Below, piece after piece: positions 27,643 through 37,880 of a DNA stretch of 61,073 nt. The stretch is from Candidatus Omnitrophota bacterium (GTDB taxonomy: Bacteria; Omnitrophota; Gorgyraeia; Zapsychrales; Fredricksoniimonadaceae), in contig PEAR01000001.1 of NCBI GenBank assembly GCA_002753745.1, forward strand, positions 1 through 61,073, read 5' to 3'. A program made the translations under genes and the position numbers. The stretch's first letter is position 1. Each line of letters starts with the position of its first letter. The notes beneath the pieces were generated by a model that searched no databases, was not told where the DNA came from, and saw only the letters and a program-made list of their open reading frames with translations.

Positions 27643-28272
27643 TTAGACTGCCACCTTTGATGAAATCAGAAATAACCCGGTTTGGGCAAACACATTCGGG
27701 AAAAAGTCAATCCGCCTCTCGCCATCCAGAAAAATCTTTTGTTCGATCCTTATCTTTCTCGAACGGCAATAATCAAAGAAATCTGAAATGCTGAAGAAAT
27801 GCAAGTTCGGCGTTTCATACCACTGGTACGGCAACGACTCATTCACAGGGGTCTTGCCCCCAAAGAAAATCTGAACACGCGACCGGAAATAAGCAAAATT
27901 CGGGAAACCGACAATTACCTTCTTCCCAACCCGCAAAGCATCCTTGATCACCGCATCCACCGAACGGATCTGCTGAAGACTCTGATTAAGGATCACATAA
28001 TCAAAGGATTGATTCTTGTAATCAGACAAACCCTTCTCGATGTCGCCATGCAAAATATTCAGCCCCTTGGCCACACATTTATAAATCTCCTGCTCATTGA
28101 TCTCCAGCCCTTGCCCGCGGACTTTCTTGGCCTTGATCAAAACATACAAGAGGTCACCGTTGCCGCAACCAAGGTCCAGCACTGCCGAGTTAGGGCTTAC
28201 CCACTGCGAAATGATCTGATGATCAAGCTGTATGTTCTCACGCCCCATAGCCACCTGTGACCGCATATTCAT
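27643..28272 (-). CDS. metW: methionine biosynthesis protein MetW (methyltransferase fold)
   Basis: VLDLGCGNGDLL SAM-fold motif. About 200 aa, directly downstream of metX. The start is uncertain because it overlaps the end of metX by up to 35 nt. Confidence 0.85.
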   Translation of the reverse strand: MNMRSQVAMGRENIQLDHQIISQWVSPNSAVLDLGCGNGDLLYVLIKAKKVRGQGLEINEQEIYKCVAKGLNILHGDIEKGLSDYKNQSFDYVILNQSLQQIRSVDAVIKDALRVGKKVIVGFPNFAYFRSRVQIFFGGKTPVNESLPYQWYETPNLHFFSISDFFDYCRSRKIRIEQKIFLDGERRIDFFPNVFAQTGLFLISSKVAV

Positions 28273-29398
28273 AAAACACTTTCTTCAAGAAATGTTCGAT
28301 CAGGTGCGTTTCTTCATCAACTTCCAGCAAGAAAGCGTCGTGCCCATATGTCGAATGCACTTCACAATAAGTGGTTTCAACCCCGGCGATCTTGCAGGCG
28401 CGAACAATTTCCTGCGATTGATACGCTGGATAAAGCCAGTCCGACTTGAATGCGATCACCAGAACCTTGGCCGAAACATTCCCGAAAGCCTCCTGAATCG
28501 GCCTGCCGTCAAAAGCATCGAACAGATCCATGGCTTTGGTGATATATAAATAGGAATTGGCGTCAAACCGACGGACAAAACTGTCACCCCGATAGCGCAA
28601 ATAGCCTTCCACTTCAAAATCAGCACGGAATTTTGTGCCCGGCGTATTCTCTTTCTTCTGCCGCCCGAACTTCTCGGCCATGGAAACGTCGCTCATGTAG
28701 GTAATATGCCCGATCATCCTCGCCACTGATAATCCTTTATCCGGAGGATTACTATCATAATAATTTCCCTGCCTCCATTCCGGATCAGCCATAATGGCCT
28801 GACGACCAGCCTCGTTAAAAGCGATCTGCTGAGGCGAATGCTTGGCCGTCGTTGCAATCGGGATCGCACTTCGAACCTTGTCCGGATATTTGACCAGCCA
28901 AGACAAAGCCTGCATCCCGCCCATAGAACCGCCAACAACAGACAATAATCGGTCGATCCCCAGATGATCGATAAGATGCTTTTGACTCTCAACCATATCG
29001 CCTATCGTGATCAAGGGGAAATCCAGGGCATAACGCTTGCCTGACCGGATATCTATACTGGATGGCCCGGTTGAACCTTTGCAGCCCCCTAATACATTCG
29101 AGCAGATCACAAAGTATTTATCTGTATCAAACGCCTTACCCGGGCCAATCAAGGCATTCCACCAGCCGGGGTCCTTATCGCCCTCATGATAACCTGCAGC
29201 ATGCGCATCACCGGAGAAAGCATGAAGCACAAGAATAGCGTTCGCCCGCTCCTCATCCAGCTGACCATAGGTCTCATAGGCAATGGTCATTGAATCAAGC
29301 GTTTCACCGTTCTCAAGCAAAAGGCGAGGGATCGTAAAATACTCTGTTTGAACAATACCCAGGTCACCCTGAAGCATCGCTCCCGAAACTACTGTCAT
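28238..29398 (-). CDS. metX: homoserine O-acetyltransferase
   Basis: [27 protein letters not shown] nucleophile elbow, GHDAFL. Confidence 0.95.
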   Translation of the reverse strand: MTVVSGAMLQGDLGIVQTEYFTIPRLLLENGETLDSMTIAYETYGQLDEERANAILVLHAFSGDAHAAGYHEGDKDPGWWNALIGPGKAFDTDKYFVICSNVLGGCKGSTGPSSIDIRSGKRYALDFPLITIGDMVESQKHLIDHLGIDRLLSVVGGSMGGMQALSWLVKYPDKVRSAIPIATTAKHSPQQIAFNEAGRQAIMADPEWRQGNYYDSNPPDKGLSVARMIGHITYMSDVSMAEKFGRQKKENTPGTKFRADFEVEGYLRYRGDSFVRRFDANSYLYITKAMDLFDAFDGRPIQEAFGNVSAKVLVIAFKSDWLYPAYQSQEIVRACKIAGVETTYCEVHSTYGHDAFLLEVDEETHLIEHFLKKVFYEYAVTGGYGA

Positions 29399-30330
29399 GC
29401 TTTAACCTCTTGAAACAACCATGTCGAAAGATACCGCTCACCAGTATCAGGGATAACAACAACGATCGTTTTCCCTTTGTTCTCCGGACGCTTGGCCACC
29501 TGCACTGCGGCCCACACTGCTGCGCCGCCAGAGATACCAGCAAGAATACCTTCCTGCCGCGCCAATTGCCGCGCTGTAACGCCAGCATCATCGGTCTTGA
29601 CCTGAACGATCTCATCAATGATCTTCGTGTTTAAAACACCTGGAACAAACCCGGCACCAATGCCCTGAATCTTATGCGGACCAGGCTTCCCCCCAGAAAG
29701 AACCGGGGAATCAACAGGCTCAACAGCGATCGCCTTAAACGTTGGCTTATGCTTCTTGATAACCTCAGCAACTCCGGTAATCGTCCCGCCAGTACCAACA
29801 CCGGCGACAATAATGTCAACCTTGCCATCCGTATCTTTCCATATCTCTTCCGCCGTTGTCTTGCGGTGAATTTCCGGATTGGCCGGATTGGCGAACTGCT
29901 GTAAAAGAATCGAATTGGGCGTTGATGCCGCCAATTCCTCTGCCTTCTTGACCGCGCCCTTCATCCCCTCAGATCCTGGCGTGAGAACAAGCTGAGCACC
30001 AAAGATCGCCAACAGCTGGCGACGTTCGATCGACATGGTCTCCGGCATGGTCAGGATCAGCTTATAGCCCTTGGCTGCTGCAACAAAAGCCAGCGCGATA
30101 CCGGTGTTCCCGCTCGTCGGCTCAATGATCACGGAATCCTTCTTCAAGGCTCCGCGCTTCTCGGCGTCCTCGATCATTGCCAGACCAATACGGTCCTTCA
30201 CGCTTGATAATGGATTGAACGATTCGACCTTGGCCAAAACGATACCACCAGCGTCCTCTGTAATACGATTCAATCGGACAAGAGGCGTGTGTCCGATCGT
30301 CTTTGTAATATCACTGTAGATGTTACTCAT
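29395..30330 (-). CDS. cysK: cysteine synthase A (O-acetylserine sulfhydrylase)
   Basis: [21 protein letters not shown] (PLP lysine), [15 protein letters not shown]. Start set at ATG 30330 (SD AAGGAG). Confidence 0.95.
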   Translation of the reverse strand: MSNIYSDITKTIGHTPLVRLNRITEDAGGIVLAKVESFNPLSSVKDRIGLAMIEDAEKRGALKKDSVIIEPTSGNTGIALAFVAAAKGYKLILTMPETMSIERRQLLAIFGAQLVLTPGSEGMKGAVKKAEELAASTPNSILLQQFANPANPEIHRKTTAEEIWKDTDGKVDIIVAGVGTGGTITGVAEVIKKHKPTFKAIAVEPVDSPVLSGGKPGPHKIQGIGAGFVPGVLNTKIIDEIVQVKTDDAGVTARQLARQEGILAGISGGAAVWAAVQVAKRPENKGKTIVVVIPDTGERYLSTWLFQEVKA

Positions 30331-30444
30331 AACCTTTCTCCTTGTTTGACCTCTACTCACCTGACACCCGCTCTCTGTCTTAAAAGTCAACCCAACGGGG
30401 ATCTCATCAGACAAAGAACAGGTGTCAGGCCAGAGGTAATATTC

Positions 30445-31890
<1,446 letters not shown>

Positions 31891-31894
31891 TTAG

Positions 31895-31942
31895 ACTCCC
31901 GACCGCCACGACAGCCCGACAGGCTGACGGGCGGCCGGGAGT
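31895..31942 (-). terminator. GC-rich hairpin downstream of the OMP gene (terminator or processing site)
   Basis: CUCCCGGCCGCC...GGCGGUCGGGAG followed by CUAACAAUUUUU. Lies 40 nt before the metY paralog 2 start. Confidence 0.45.
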
Positions 31943-31951
31943 TTCCTTTCA

Positions 31952-32818
31952 TTAGAAAGCGTAATTTGCGCTCAGGACGAAACCATCGCCAAGACCAAAC
32001 TTACTCGTTGTATTGTGCAATGAATCTTTGCCTGTGTTTACATATGCCGCAACCAGCGTCAGGTTTTTGTTCGCCAACCATGCTGCATGAATATCATAGT
32101 AATCAGCATTCTTGGTTGAAGCAGTGCTTCCAACATTAGCCCCTTGTTCATATTCATATCCAACTGCAACATTCCACGGAAGAATCACATCAACATTGCC
32201 AAAGCCAACCGTATCCCGCTTTGTCCCAAAACCAAGCACGCCTGTAGCAATGCCTTTCGTGGAACGAACGCCACCGGATACCAAAACTGGCAACGGAAGT
32301 TGAGTGATCAGCTTGGTCGCCACGGCATAATAATCCTGATCAGATTTATCTGCCGCCCCCTTATAGGATGTCTCCTTGTCGATGACACCCACCGCAACAG
32401 CCGGAATCCACTTGGTATCAAAAGAATTCTCCTTCACTAATAAACCCTTGAGACCAAGATTCTGCTTATGGATACCATCGAAACCATTAACCGAGACAGT
32501 CTCACTGCCATAAGATGTTTCCAAACGGCCAAAAAGTGTCGTCGCCACGCTCTCTGTAGTCCAGTCAGCCTTGGCCTTATTCAAACGAATGCGCCAGATA
32601 CCGAACTGCGGTTTGTTTATAGCGTCCTTGAGAACGCCGATACCCGTTGCCTTATCCTTGTCATCAAACGGTGTTCCCGCTGTATACGCCAATGGGTTGA
32701 ACGCAATTCCGCCAACACCCTCAACGTTGTTCAAAGGCACGCCAGCATGCGCCGTGCTGACACCGACCAAAAGAACTACACCTGCAACTACTGTTTGAAT
32801 TATGCTCTTGCTCTTCAT
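31952..32818 (-). CDS. outer-membrane beta-barrel (porin-like) protein
   Basis: Signal peptide ending AHA-G. Alternating amphipathic strands. C-terminal ...LSANYAF with a terminal Phe. Confidence 0.65.
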   Translation of the reverse strand: MKSKSIIQTVVAGVVLLVGVSTAHAGVPLNNVEGVGGIAFNPLAYTAGTPFDDKDKATGIGVLKDAINKPQFGIWRIRLNKAKADWTTESVATTLFGRLETSYGSETVSVNGFDGIHKQNLGLKGLLVKENSFDTKWIPAVAVGVIDKETSYKGAADKSDQDYYAVATKLITQLPLPVLVSGGVRSTKGIATGVLGFGTKRDTVGFGNVDVILPWNVAVGYEYEQGANVGSTASTKNADYYDIHAAWLANKNLTLVAAYVNTGKDSLHNTTSKFGLGDGFVLSANYAF

Positions 32819-32949
32819 TTTCGTACCCTTTCAGGTTTGAGCGCGAGGACTAGCCCAGTGGTCTGGTGATGCCTTGCAAAATTATCTATTAGGTTTTTGA
32901 ACTCTCTCCGCTTCCGGCAAACCGGTAAACGGCGCTGCCATCCAGTTGT

Positions 32950-33147
32950 TTAGATCCCCCCTCCTTCCTGAACCGTCCAGACGTCGTCGAAACGGCTCTT
33001 TTGAGAGACCTCGATCTGGACTATCTTTGAATTATGTACAGTTATCGTCACAGTTCCGAAACTTATCCCGTGAATTGACTCGCTAATATTTTTAATGATC
33101 CCATCGTTAACAATATTTTTATTTACCTGTTTCTGCTGAGTTCCCAT
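32950..33147 (-). CDS. YezD/DUF2292-family small protein
   Basis: FGTVTITVHNSKIVQIEVSQKSRF matches the DUF2292 core (GSV.I.V.D..V.QIE..EK.R). Confidence 0.6.
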   Translation of the reverse strand: MGTQQKQVNKNIVNDGIIKNISESIHGISFGTVTITVHNSKIVQIEVSQKSRFDDVWTVQEGGGI

Positions 33148-33196
33148 TTTCCTTCTCCCCTATATTTATAATTTTGCCCAGCAGTGTTTTTCGCAA

Positions 33197-33220
33197 AACC
33201 ACTGCCTTCGGGCAGTGGTT
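33197..33220 (-). terminator. hairpin after the Rrf2 gene (possible terminator/attenuator)
   Basis: AACCACUGCC-CGAA-GGCAGUGGUU followed by UUGCGAAAAA. An alternative pairing GCCC.GCAGUG/CACUGC.GGGC is possible. Confidence 0.4.
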
Positions 33221-33325
33221 GTCACTTTTAAATCAACAGCGTCGCATCCACCCGCCCCCGGTCATTGTCATGGGACACATGCACATTATTGGATTTCTGT
33301 TCTTTCTAAACATCTGGCTTCCCTA

Positions 33326-33754
33326 TTAAATGGCATAATCAACTTGCTCTAATCTCTGCTTTTGCTCTGCCGCAATGGCTTCCAGCGTAAAGGAACCCAA
33401 TGCATGCACAACTGATCCCCTGGCTCTTTCCCAAAAACTATTTTCGACCTCGACCCTTTGATGCCCAATAAATTCATCGCCATCATTCAAAAAGATTGGC
33501 CCTTCAACTGCGGCAATTATGTCCGCTAGCGTGATCCTGGACGCCTCTTTTGCTAAGGCAAGACCTCCATGTGAACCACAAGTTGCGCGGATTAAGCCTG
33601 CGGTCTTTAATTGCGATGCCAGAGCCCCAATATATTTCTCGGATATTTCCTGCCTGCGTGCCGCATCTTTCAAGAAAACAAAACTACCGTTGCCATAAAC
33701 AGCCAAATCAATCATCAATCGTGTGCTGTAGCGCCCCTTAGTCGAAAGCCTCAT
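33326..33754 (-). CDS. Rrf2-family transcriptional regulator
   Basis: LSTKGRYSTRLMIDLA...ISEKYIGALASQLKTAGLIRATCGSHGGLAL. Confidence 0.9.
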   Translation of the reverse strand: MRLSTKGRYSTRLMIDLAVYGNGSFVFLKDAARRQEISEKYIGALASQLKTAGLIRATCGSHGGLALAKEASRITLADIIAAVEGPIFLNDGDEFIGHQRVEVENSFWERARGSVVHALGSFTLEAIAAEQKQRLEQVDYAI

Positions 33755-33795
33755 ATCATTGCAATCGTGAACGTTTTAATCTTCATCCAATCTCC

Positions 33796-33870
33796 AAAAA
33801 GAAAAAGGTCAAGAATCCTCCCGATATTCATCGAGGGCACTCTTGACCTCCAGATGTCTGGTCAGTCATT
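33796..33870 (-). promoter_or_regulatory. conserved leader/attenuator RNA, copy 3 (5' UTR of Rrf2-yezD-OMP-metY...)
   Basis: AUGACUGACCAGACAUCUGGAGGUCAAGAGUGCCCUCGAUGAAUAUCGGGAGGAUUCUUGACCUUUUUCUUUUU. Confidence 0.55.
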
Positions 33871-33904
33871 TATGTCTGATTTTATGAATCGATAGAATCC
33901 CTAT

Positions 33905-33953
33905 TAACTCTGTCGAGTTAGTAGAAATATAACATGCAGATAAATAATGTCAA
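33905..33953 (-). promoter_or_regulatory. sigma70-like promoter plus inverted-repeat operator
   Basis: Minus strand: TTGACA (33948-33953), 16 nt spacer, TATATT (33926-33931), then the inverted repeat TAACTC-N4-GAGTTA (33905-33920) 5 nt downstream. Confidence 0.6.
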
Positions 33954-34106
33954 GGGGATTTTTTCAATGACAGTAAATTTTGAATGATATCTAAAATTTT
34001 GGAATAAAACAGACAGGAAACGTCTTACTGGCAGAATACTTTATAGTTTTCGAGGAAATGTCAAATCTTCAATACGTAACAAGACGACAATGTTGCATCT
34101 CCTTTC

Positions 34107-34307
34107 TTACTGCACAAAATGATCCATCGATTTCTTTAAGACCTTTGAGATCTTGCTCATTGTCTCAAGTGACGGCGTAGAAGTGCCGTTCTCGTACATA
34201 GAAACATTCTTCTGCTTGACCCCGATCTTTTCAGCCAATTCGGTCTGATTCATATCGAGTTCCACCCGCGCCAGTTTGATCTTCTTACCTACTGATTTTG
34301 GATCCAT
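34107..34307 (-). CDS. XRE-family helix-turn-helix regulator
   Basis: IKLARVELDMNQTELAEKIGVKQKNVSMYENG is a classic HTH_3 motif. Confidence 0.85.
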   Translation of the reverse strand: MDPKSVGKKIKLARVELDMNQTELAEKIGVKQKNVSMYENGTSTPSLETMSKISKVLKKSMDHFVQ

Positions 34308-34331
34308 AACTTCCTCCTCCCACCAGGGGGC

Positions 34332-34360
34332 TTGACATATTATCCCATGTATGGTATATT
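34332..34360 (+). promoter_or_regulatory. consensus sigma70-like promoter
   Basis: TTGACA (34332-34337), 17 nt spacer, TATATT (34355-34360). Confidence 0.65.
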
Positions 34361-34418
34361 TTATTCATAGCCGCAAAACGGGCTTTCATAAACGCATTAT
34401 GAATAATATATGCCTTAA

Positions 34419-34616
34419 ATGGGATTATTCAAGAAGAATATGCGAGACAAAACCATCACAAATCCCAGTGTTTCCGAAATATCCGCAGCCAATCTCTGCT
34501 GGAAGGACTCCCCTCCTGTCCAGCAGCTTTTGGATGCTGTAGCTAGGATCATTGCCTCTGAATATGCTGCCGTGGCCAAAGAGAACCCCGCCCTCTTCTC
34601 TACAGGAAAGGGGTAA
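34419..34616 (+). CDS. hypothetical small protein upstream of the recombinase
   Basis: Its stop lies 3 nt before the recombinase ATG, suggesting coupling. No homology recognised. Confidence 0.3.
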   Translation: MGLFKKNMRDKTITNPSVSEISAANLCWKDSPPVQQLLDAVARIIASEYAAVAKENPALFSTGKG

Positions 34617-34619
34617 GCC

Positions 34620-36353
34620 ATGCGCGCAGCCATCTATGCCCGATATTCATCTGAAAATCAGAGCGAAAAGAGCATTGATGACCAGATCCGTGTATGCAAG
34701 AAATACTGCGCAGAACATGATATTACTGTCGCGGAAAACAGCATCTTCATTGATGAGGCAACATCAGGGTCCCTGGTCAAACGTCCAGGGCTAAGCGCTT
34801 TTGAGAATGCTGCTGAAAACAAAGAATTTGAAGCACTCGTTGTCGATGATCTTTCCCGTCTCTCCAGAAGCAACCACCAGATGCTCACCCTGGTCTTAAA
34901 ATTCAACTACCTCCAGGTAAAGCTCATTTCTGTATCAGACGGCATCATTACCGACGACGAAAACTCCAAACTCGGCATCCAGATGCGCGGGCTTATCAAT
35001 GAACTCTACCTTGATGATTTAAAGAAGAAAACAATGCGCGGCCTTGAGGGGCAGAAACTGCGGGGATTTAGCGTCGGAGAGAATGTTTACGGCTACGTAA
35101 CACAGCCCGTTGGCGAGCTTAAGATCAACAAAAAGGGCGTAGCCAAATACGACGGTAAAGTTCATAAGATCAATCCCGAAGAAGCAGACGTTGTAAAAAG
35201 GATCTGCCTGGACTTTACCTCTGGAAAAAGCATCAACAAGATCGTCGAGCAGCTGAATACTGAAAAGATCCCGACAAAGAAGCATATGGCCGGCGGCTGG
35301 AGCATTTCAACGATCAGCCGTATCCTCAAGAGCGCTAAATACGTCGGTATATGGAAATGGAAAACAAGTAAAAGCGTTCGAGACCCCATGTCAGGAAAAA
35401 GAAAATCTGTGTCCCGACCTGAAAGCGAGCATCTATCCTTTCTTCGGGAAGACCTGATCATCATCGACAAAGAACTCTGGAACAAGGCACAGAAGCGCTG
35501 GGCAGATATCAAGGGCACCTGGCCTGTCAGCAAGAAAAAGAAGGGCTTCTATAAGCAAAAGAGTTACGCCCATACCAGCCCCACCTACCTCCTGTCAGGT
35601 CTTATGAAATGCCAGTCTTGCGGTGGAGCGGTCATTCTTATCAGCGGCAAAGGATCAGGATATTACGGATGCTACAACGCCCGGCGGAAGTCATGCCACA
35701 ACACCCTGCTTGTCCCCCGCAAGAGGATCGAGCAGATTATCATCCAAGAGCTCCAGCAAAAACTCCTGACAACGGAGAATCTTGAATACATCTTCAAGAA
35801 CATTGAGAAGCTTGCCGCAGCAGGGCTTAATGAAGTTCCTGAGCTGACCCAAAAGAAGAAGGCTCAAATGGAAAAGCTTAAGATAGAAATTCAGAATTAC
35901 ATGAACTTCATCAGGACGGGAAATATATCGAAGACAGTATCAGAAGCATTATCTGAAGCGGAAAAGAAGAATGAAGAACTGAAACACGATATCGAAGGTT
36001 TGGAATTTCAGAAGAATAATACTTTTAAGACCCCACCCAAGGAGTGGATCGATCACAGACTGGGCAGCCTGCGGGACACGCTCAATAAAGACACGGTCAA
36101 CTCTGCCTTAGCCCTGAAGGAACTGCTCGGGACGGTGACGCTCGAACCTATACTAACAAAGGAAAGTGACTATTACAGGCTGTTTGAGGGGACGGACCGG
36201 AACTTTAAGCCTTACTACGTGGCCCATACAAAAATTCAAACCCTTGCCCTCCTCGAGGAGAAAGACAAGGGTTCGAATTGGTGCCAATGGTGGAGGTGCC
36301 GGGAATCGAACCCGGGTCCTTCAGTGTCAAAGATTAAGCATCTACATGCGTAG
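34620..36353 (+). CDS. large serine recombinase
   Basis: Resolvase catalytic N-terminus AAIYARYSSENQSEKSIDDQ, recombinase domain, Cys4 zinc ribbon (CQSCGG...CYNARRKSC), coiled-coil C-terminus. Confidence 0.9.
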   Translation: MRAAIYARYSSENQSEKSIDDQIRVCKKYCAEHDITVAENSIFIDEATSGSLVKRPGLSAFENAAENKEFEALVVDDLSRLSRSNHQMLTLVLKFNYLQVKLISVSDGIITDDENSKLGIQMRGLINELYLDDLKKKTMRGLEGQKLRGFSVGENVYGYVTQPVGELKINKKGVAKYDGKVHKINPEEADVVKRICLDFTSGKSINKIVEQLNTEKIPTKKHMAGGWSISTISRILKSAKYVGIWKWKTSKSVRDPMSGKRKSVSRPESEHLSFLREDLIIIDKELWNKAQKRWADIKGTWPVSKKKKGFYKQKSYAHTSPTYLLSGLMKCQSCGGAVILISGKGSGYYGCYNARRKSCHNTLLVPRKRIEQIIIQELQQKLLTTENLEYIFKNIEKLAAAGLNEVPELTQKKKAQMEKLKIEIQNYMNFIRTGNISKTVSEALSEAEKKNEELKHDIEGLEFQKNNTFKTPPKEWIDHRLGSLRDTLNKDTVNSALALKELLGTVTLEPILTKESDYYRLFEGTDRNFKPYYVAHTKIQTLALLEEKDKGSNWCQWWRCRESNPGPSVSKIKHLHA

Positions 36354-36699
36354 ACCGTCTTTATTGTCGACTGGCGTGTTTCAACGGACAAACCCGCGCC
36401 AGACCAGCACTCTAAAATCTCGTCTTAAGAACAAGTGCGATCCTTAAGACCAGCCTGTTTGGTTCCAATGATAAAGCGACAGACTCCCTTTACCACAGGG
36501 CTTAGCCTAATTAATTAGGCTAAGACGAGGTCGTCGGCTCCGACGGGCGCAACGCTGTTCGCGCAGGCCAGATCGAAGTCGGCAGTCGTTAACGTAGTTT
36601 CGTTAGCGTTTATTGTTTGATGGAACTTTAACGAGGCCAACCATCATCCTCGGCATGCCACCTAACCCCGGCTCACTCAAGTCGAGGCCAATCACCCCC
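36288..36699 (-). ncRNA. ssrA: tmRNA (ssrA)
   Basis: 5' end GGGGGUGAUUGGCCUCGAC. 3' end GGACCCGGGUUCGAUUCCCGGCACCUCCACCA (T-arm, acceptor, encoded CCA). The internal tag frame ends ...DDLVLA-UAA inside the palindrome UAGCCUAAUUAAUUAGGCUA. smpB is adjacent. Confidence 0.9.
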
Positions 36700-36821
36700 A
36701 AATTATAAAAGAACAATCGCTGCAAAAGCCTGGCGAAATATTTTCATCGCACATACATTACAAAAGAAGTGTACCGCAAAGCAGCGAAAAACTCAAACCA
36801 TTTTATCGACGGGGATTAAAC

Positions 36822-37274
36822 TCAGCGGTAACTGCGGGTGGCGCGGGCCATCTCCCGCTTGACCTCGCGGTCCTTGATGTCCGCGCGCTTGTCATAAAGC
36901 TTCTTGCCCTGGGCAAGCGCGATCTCCACCTTCACCAGCCCCCGGGAGGTGATGTAGATCTTGGTAGGGACACAATTCAGCTGTTTCTGGGTCAACACCC
37001 CGAACAGACGCTTGATCTCTTTTTTATTCATCAGGAGCTTGCGCTTGCGATCGGGGTCTTCGTTGAGATAACTCGCCTGGGCATAAGGTGCGATGTGCAA
37101 ATTGAACAGCCACACCTCACCCTCTTCCACCCGCACATAGGAATCCTTGAAATTGACCTCGCCGGCACGCACAGACTTTACTTCACCGCCTTTGAGCTCG
37201 ATCCCGCATTCCCATTTGTCGGTCAAAAAATAATTATGGTAGGCTTTCTTGTTTGAAGCGATGGGGTCTGACAT
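36822..37274 (-). CDS. smpB: SsrA-binding protein
   Basis: NKKAYHNYF, GIELKGGEVKS.R, LFNLHI.PY, RKRKLL..K.EI. Start set at ATG 37274 (151 aa). Confidence 0.95.
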   Translation of the reverse strand: MSDPIASNKKAYHNYFLTDKWECGIELKGGEVKSVRAGEVNFKDSYVRVEEGEVWLFNLHIAPYAQASYLNEDPDRKRKLLMNKKEIKRLFGVLTQKQLNCVPTKIYITSRGLVKVEIALAQGKKLYDKRADIKDREVKREMARATRSYR

Positions 37275-37281
37275 AAATGCA

Positions 37282-37869
37282 TTAAGTCCGGAAGAACTTG
37301 AGCGTCTTCTCCAGGTCAACAACCTTCTGTTTAAGATCCGCGAACTGCCGGCGCTTGTTCTCGTCCAGACCGGCATCATTGATCGAATGAATATCCTTCT
37401 GGGCCGCCGAGAGGCGCTGTTCGGCCAGACGGACTTTTTCGCGGATCACCGTGATCATCTCGTTAAACTCATCGCTGAACGCCAGCAGCTCATCACCCTT
37501 ACGCAGTTTCACTTGATTAGTAAAATTGCCCGCCACAAGCTCCTTAAGCGTTTCTTTAAACCGGAACAATGGCCCGGCGATGCGATGCGACATATAAAGA
37601 GTTACCACCACCGTCGCCACCCCGACCAGAGCAGTTACAATGATCACCGTCTGGGCCAAAAAGGGCAGCAAAAAATCAGTTGTGGTCATGACCCGCACCC
37701 GGGCCTGGATAATGGAGACCGTCGTTGAGTGTTCGCAAAAAGTATAAAGTAAAGCAATGGTCGCCAACGCGCCTAACACCACCAGAAAACAAAAACGGAC
37801 AATGAACTTAAGCTGGAATTCCTGGCTTATATAATAATTGCTGCGCTTATATGCCGGTGTGGATTCCAT
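37282..37869 (-). CDS. membrane protein with HAMP domain
   Basis: Two TM segments followed by SHRIAGPLFRFKETLKELVAGNF...LRKGDEL..FSDEFNEM. Confidence 0.65.
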   Translation of the reverse strand: MESTPAYKRSNYYISQEFQLKFIVRFCFLVVLGALATIALLYTFCEHSTTVSIIQARVRVMTTTDFLLPFLAQTVIIVTALVGVATVVVTLYMSHRIAGPLFRFKETLKELVAGNFTNQVKLRKGDELLAFSDEFNEMITVIREKVRLAEQRLSAAQKDIHSINDAGLDENKRRQFADLKQKVVDLEKTLKFFRT

Positions 37870-37880
37870 GAATTTTCTCC

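Larger units (their letters stand above)
34107..36353. mobile_element. XRE regulator + large serine recombinase module abutting the 3' end of ssrA (integrated-element border or remnant)
   Basis: Divergent XRE and recombinase genes around a consensus promoter. The last 66 nt of the recombinase ORF overlap the tmRNA 3' end. Confidence 0.55.
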
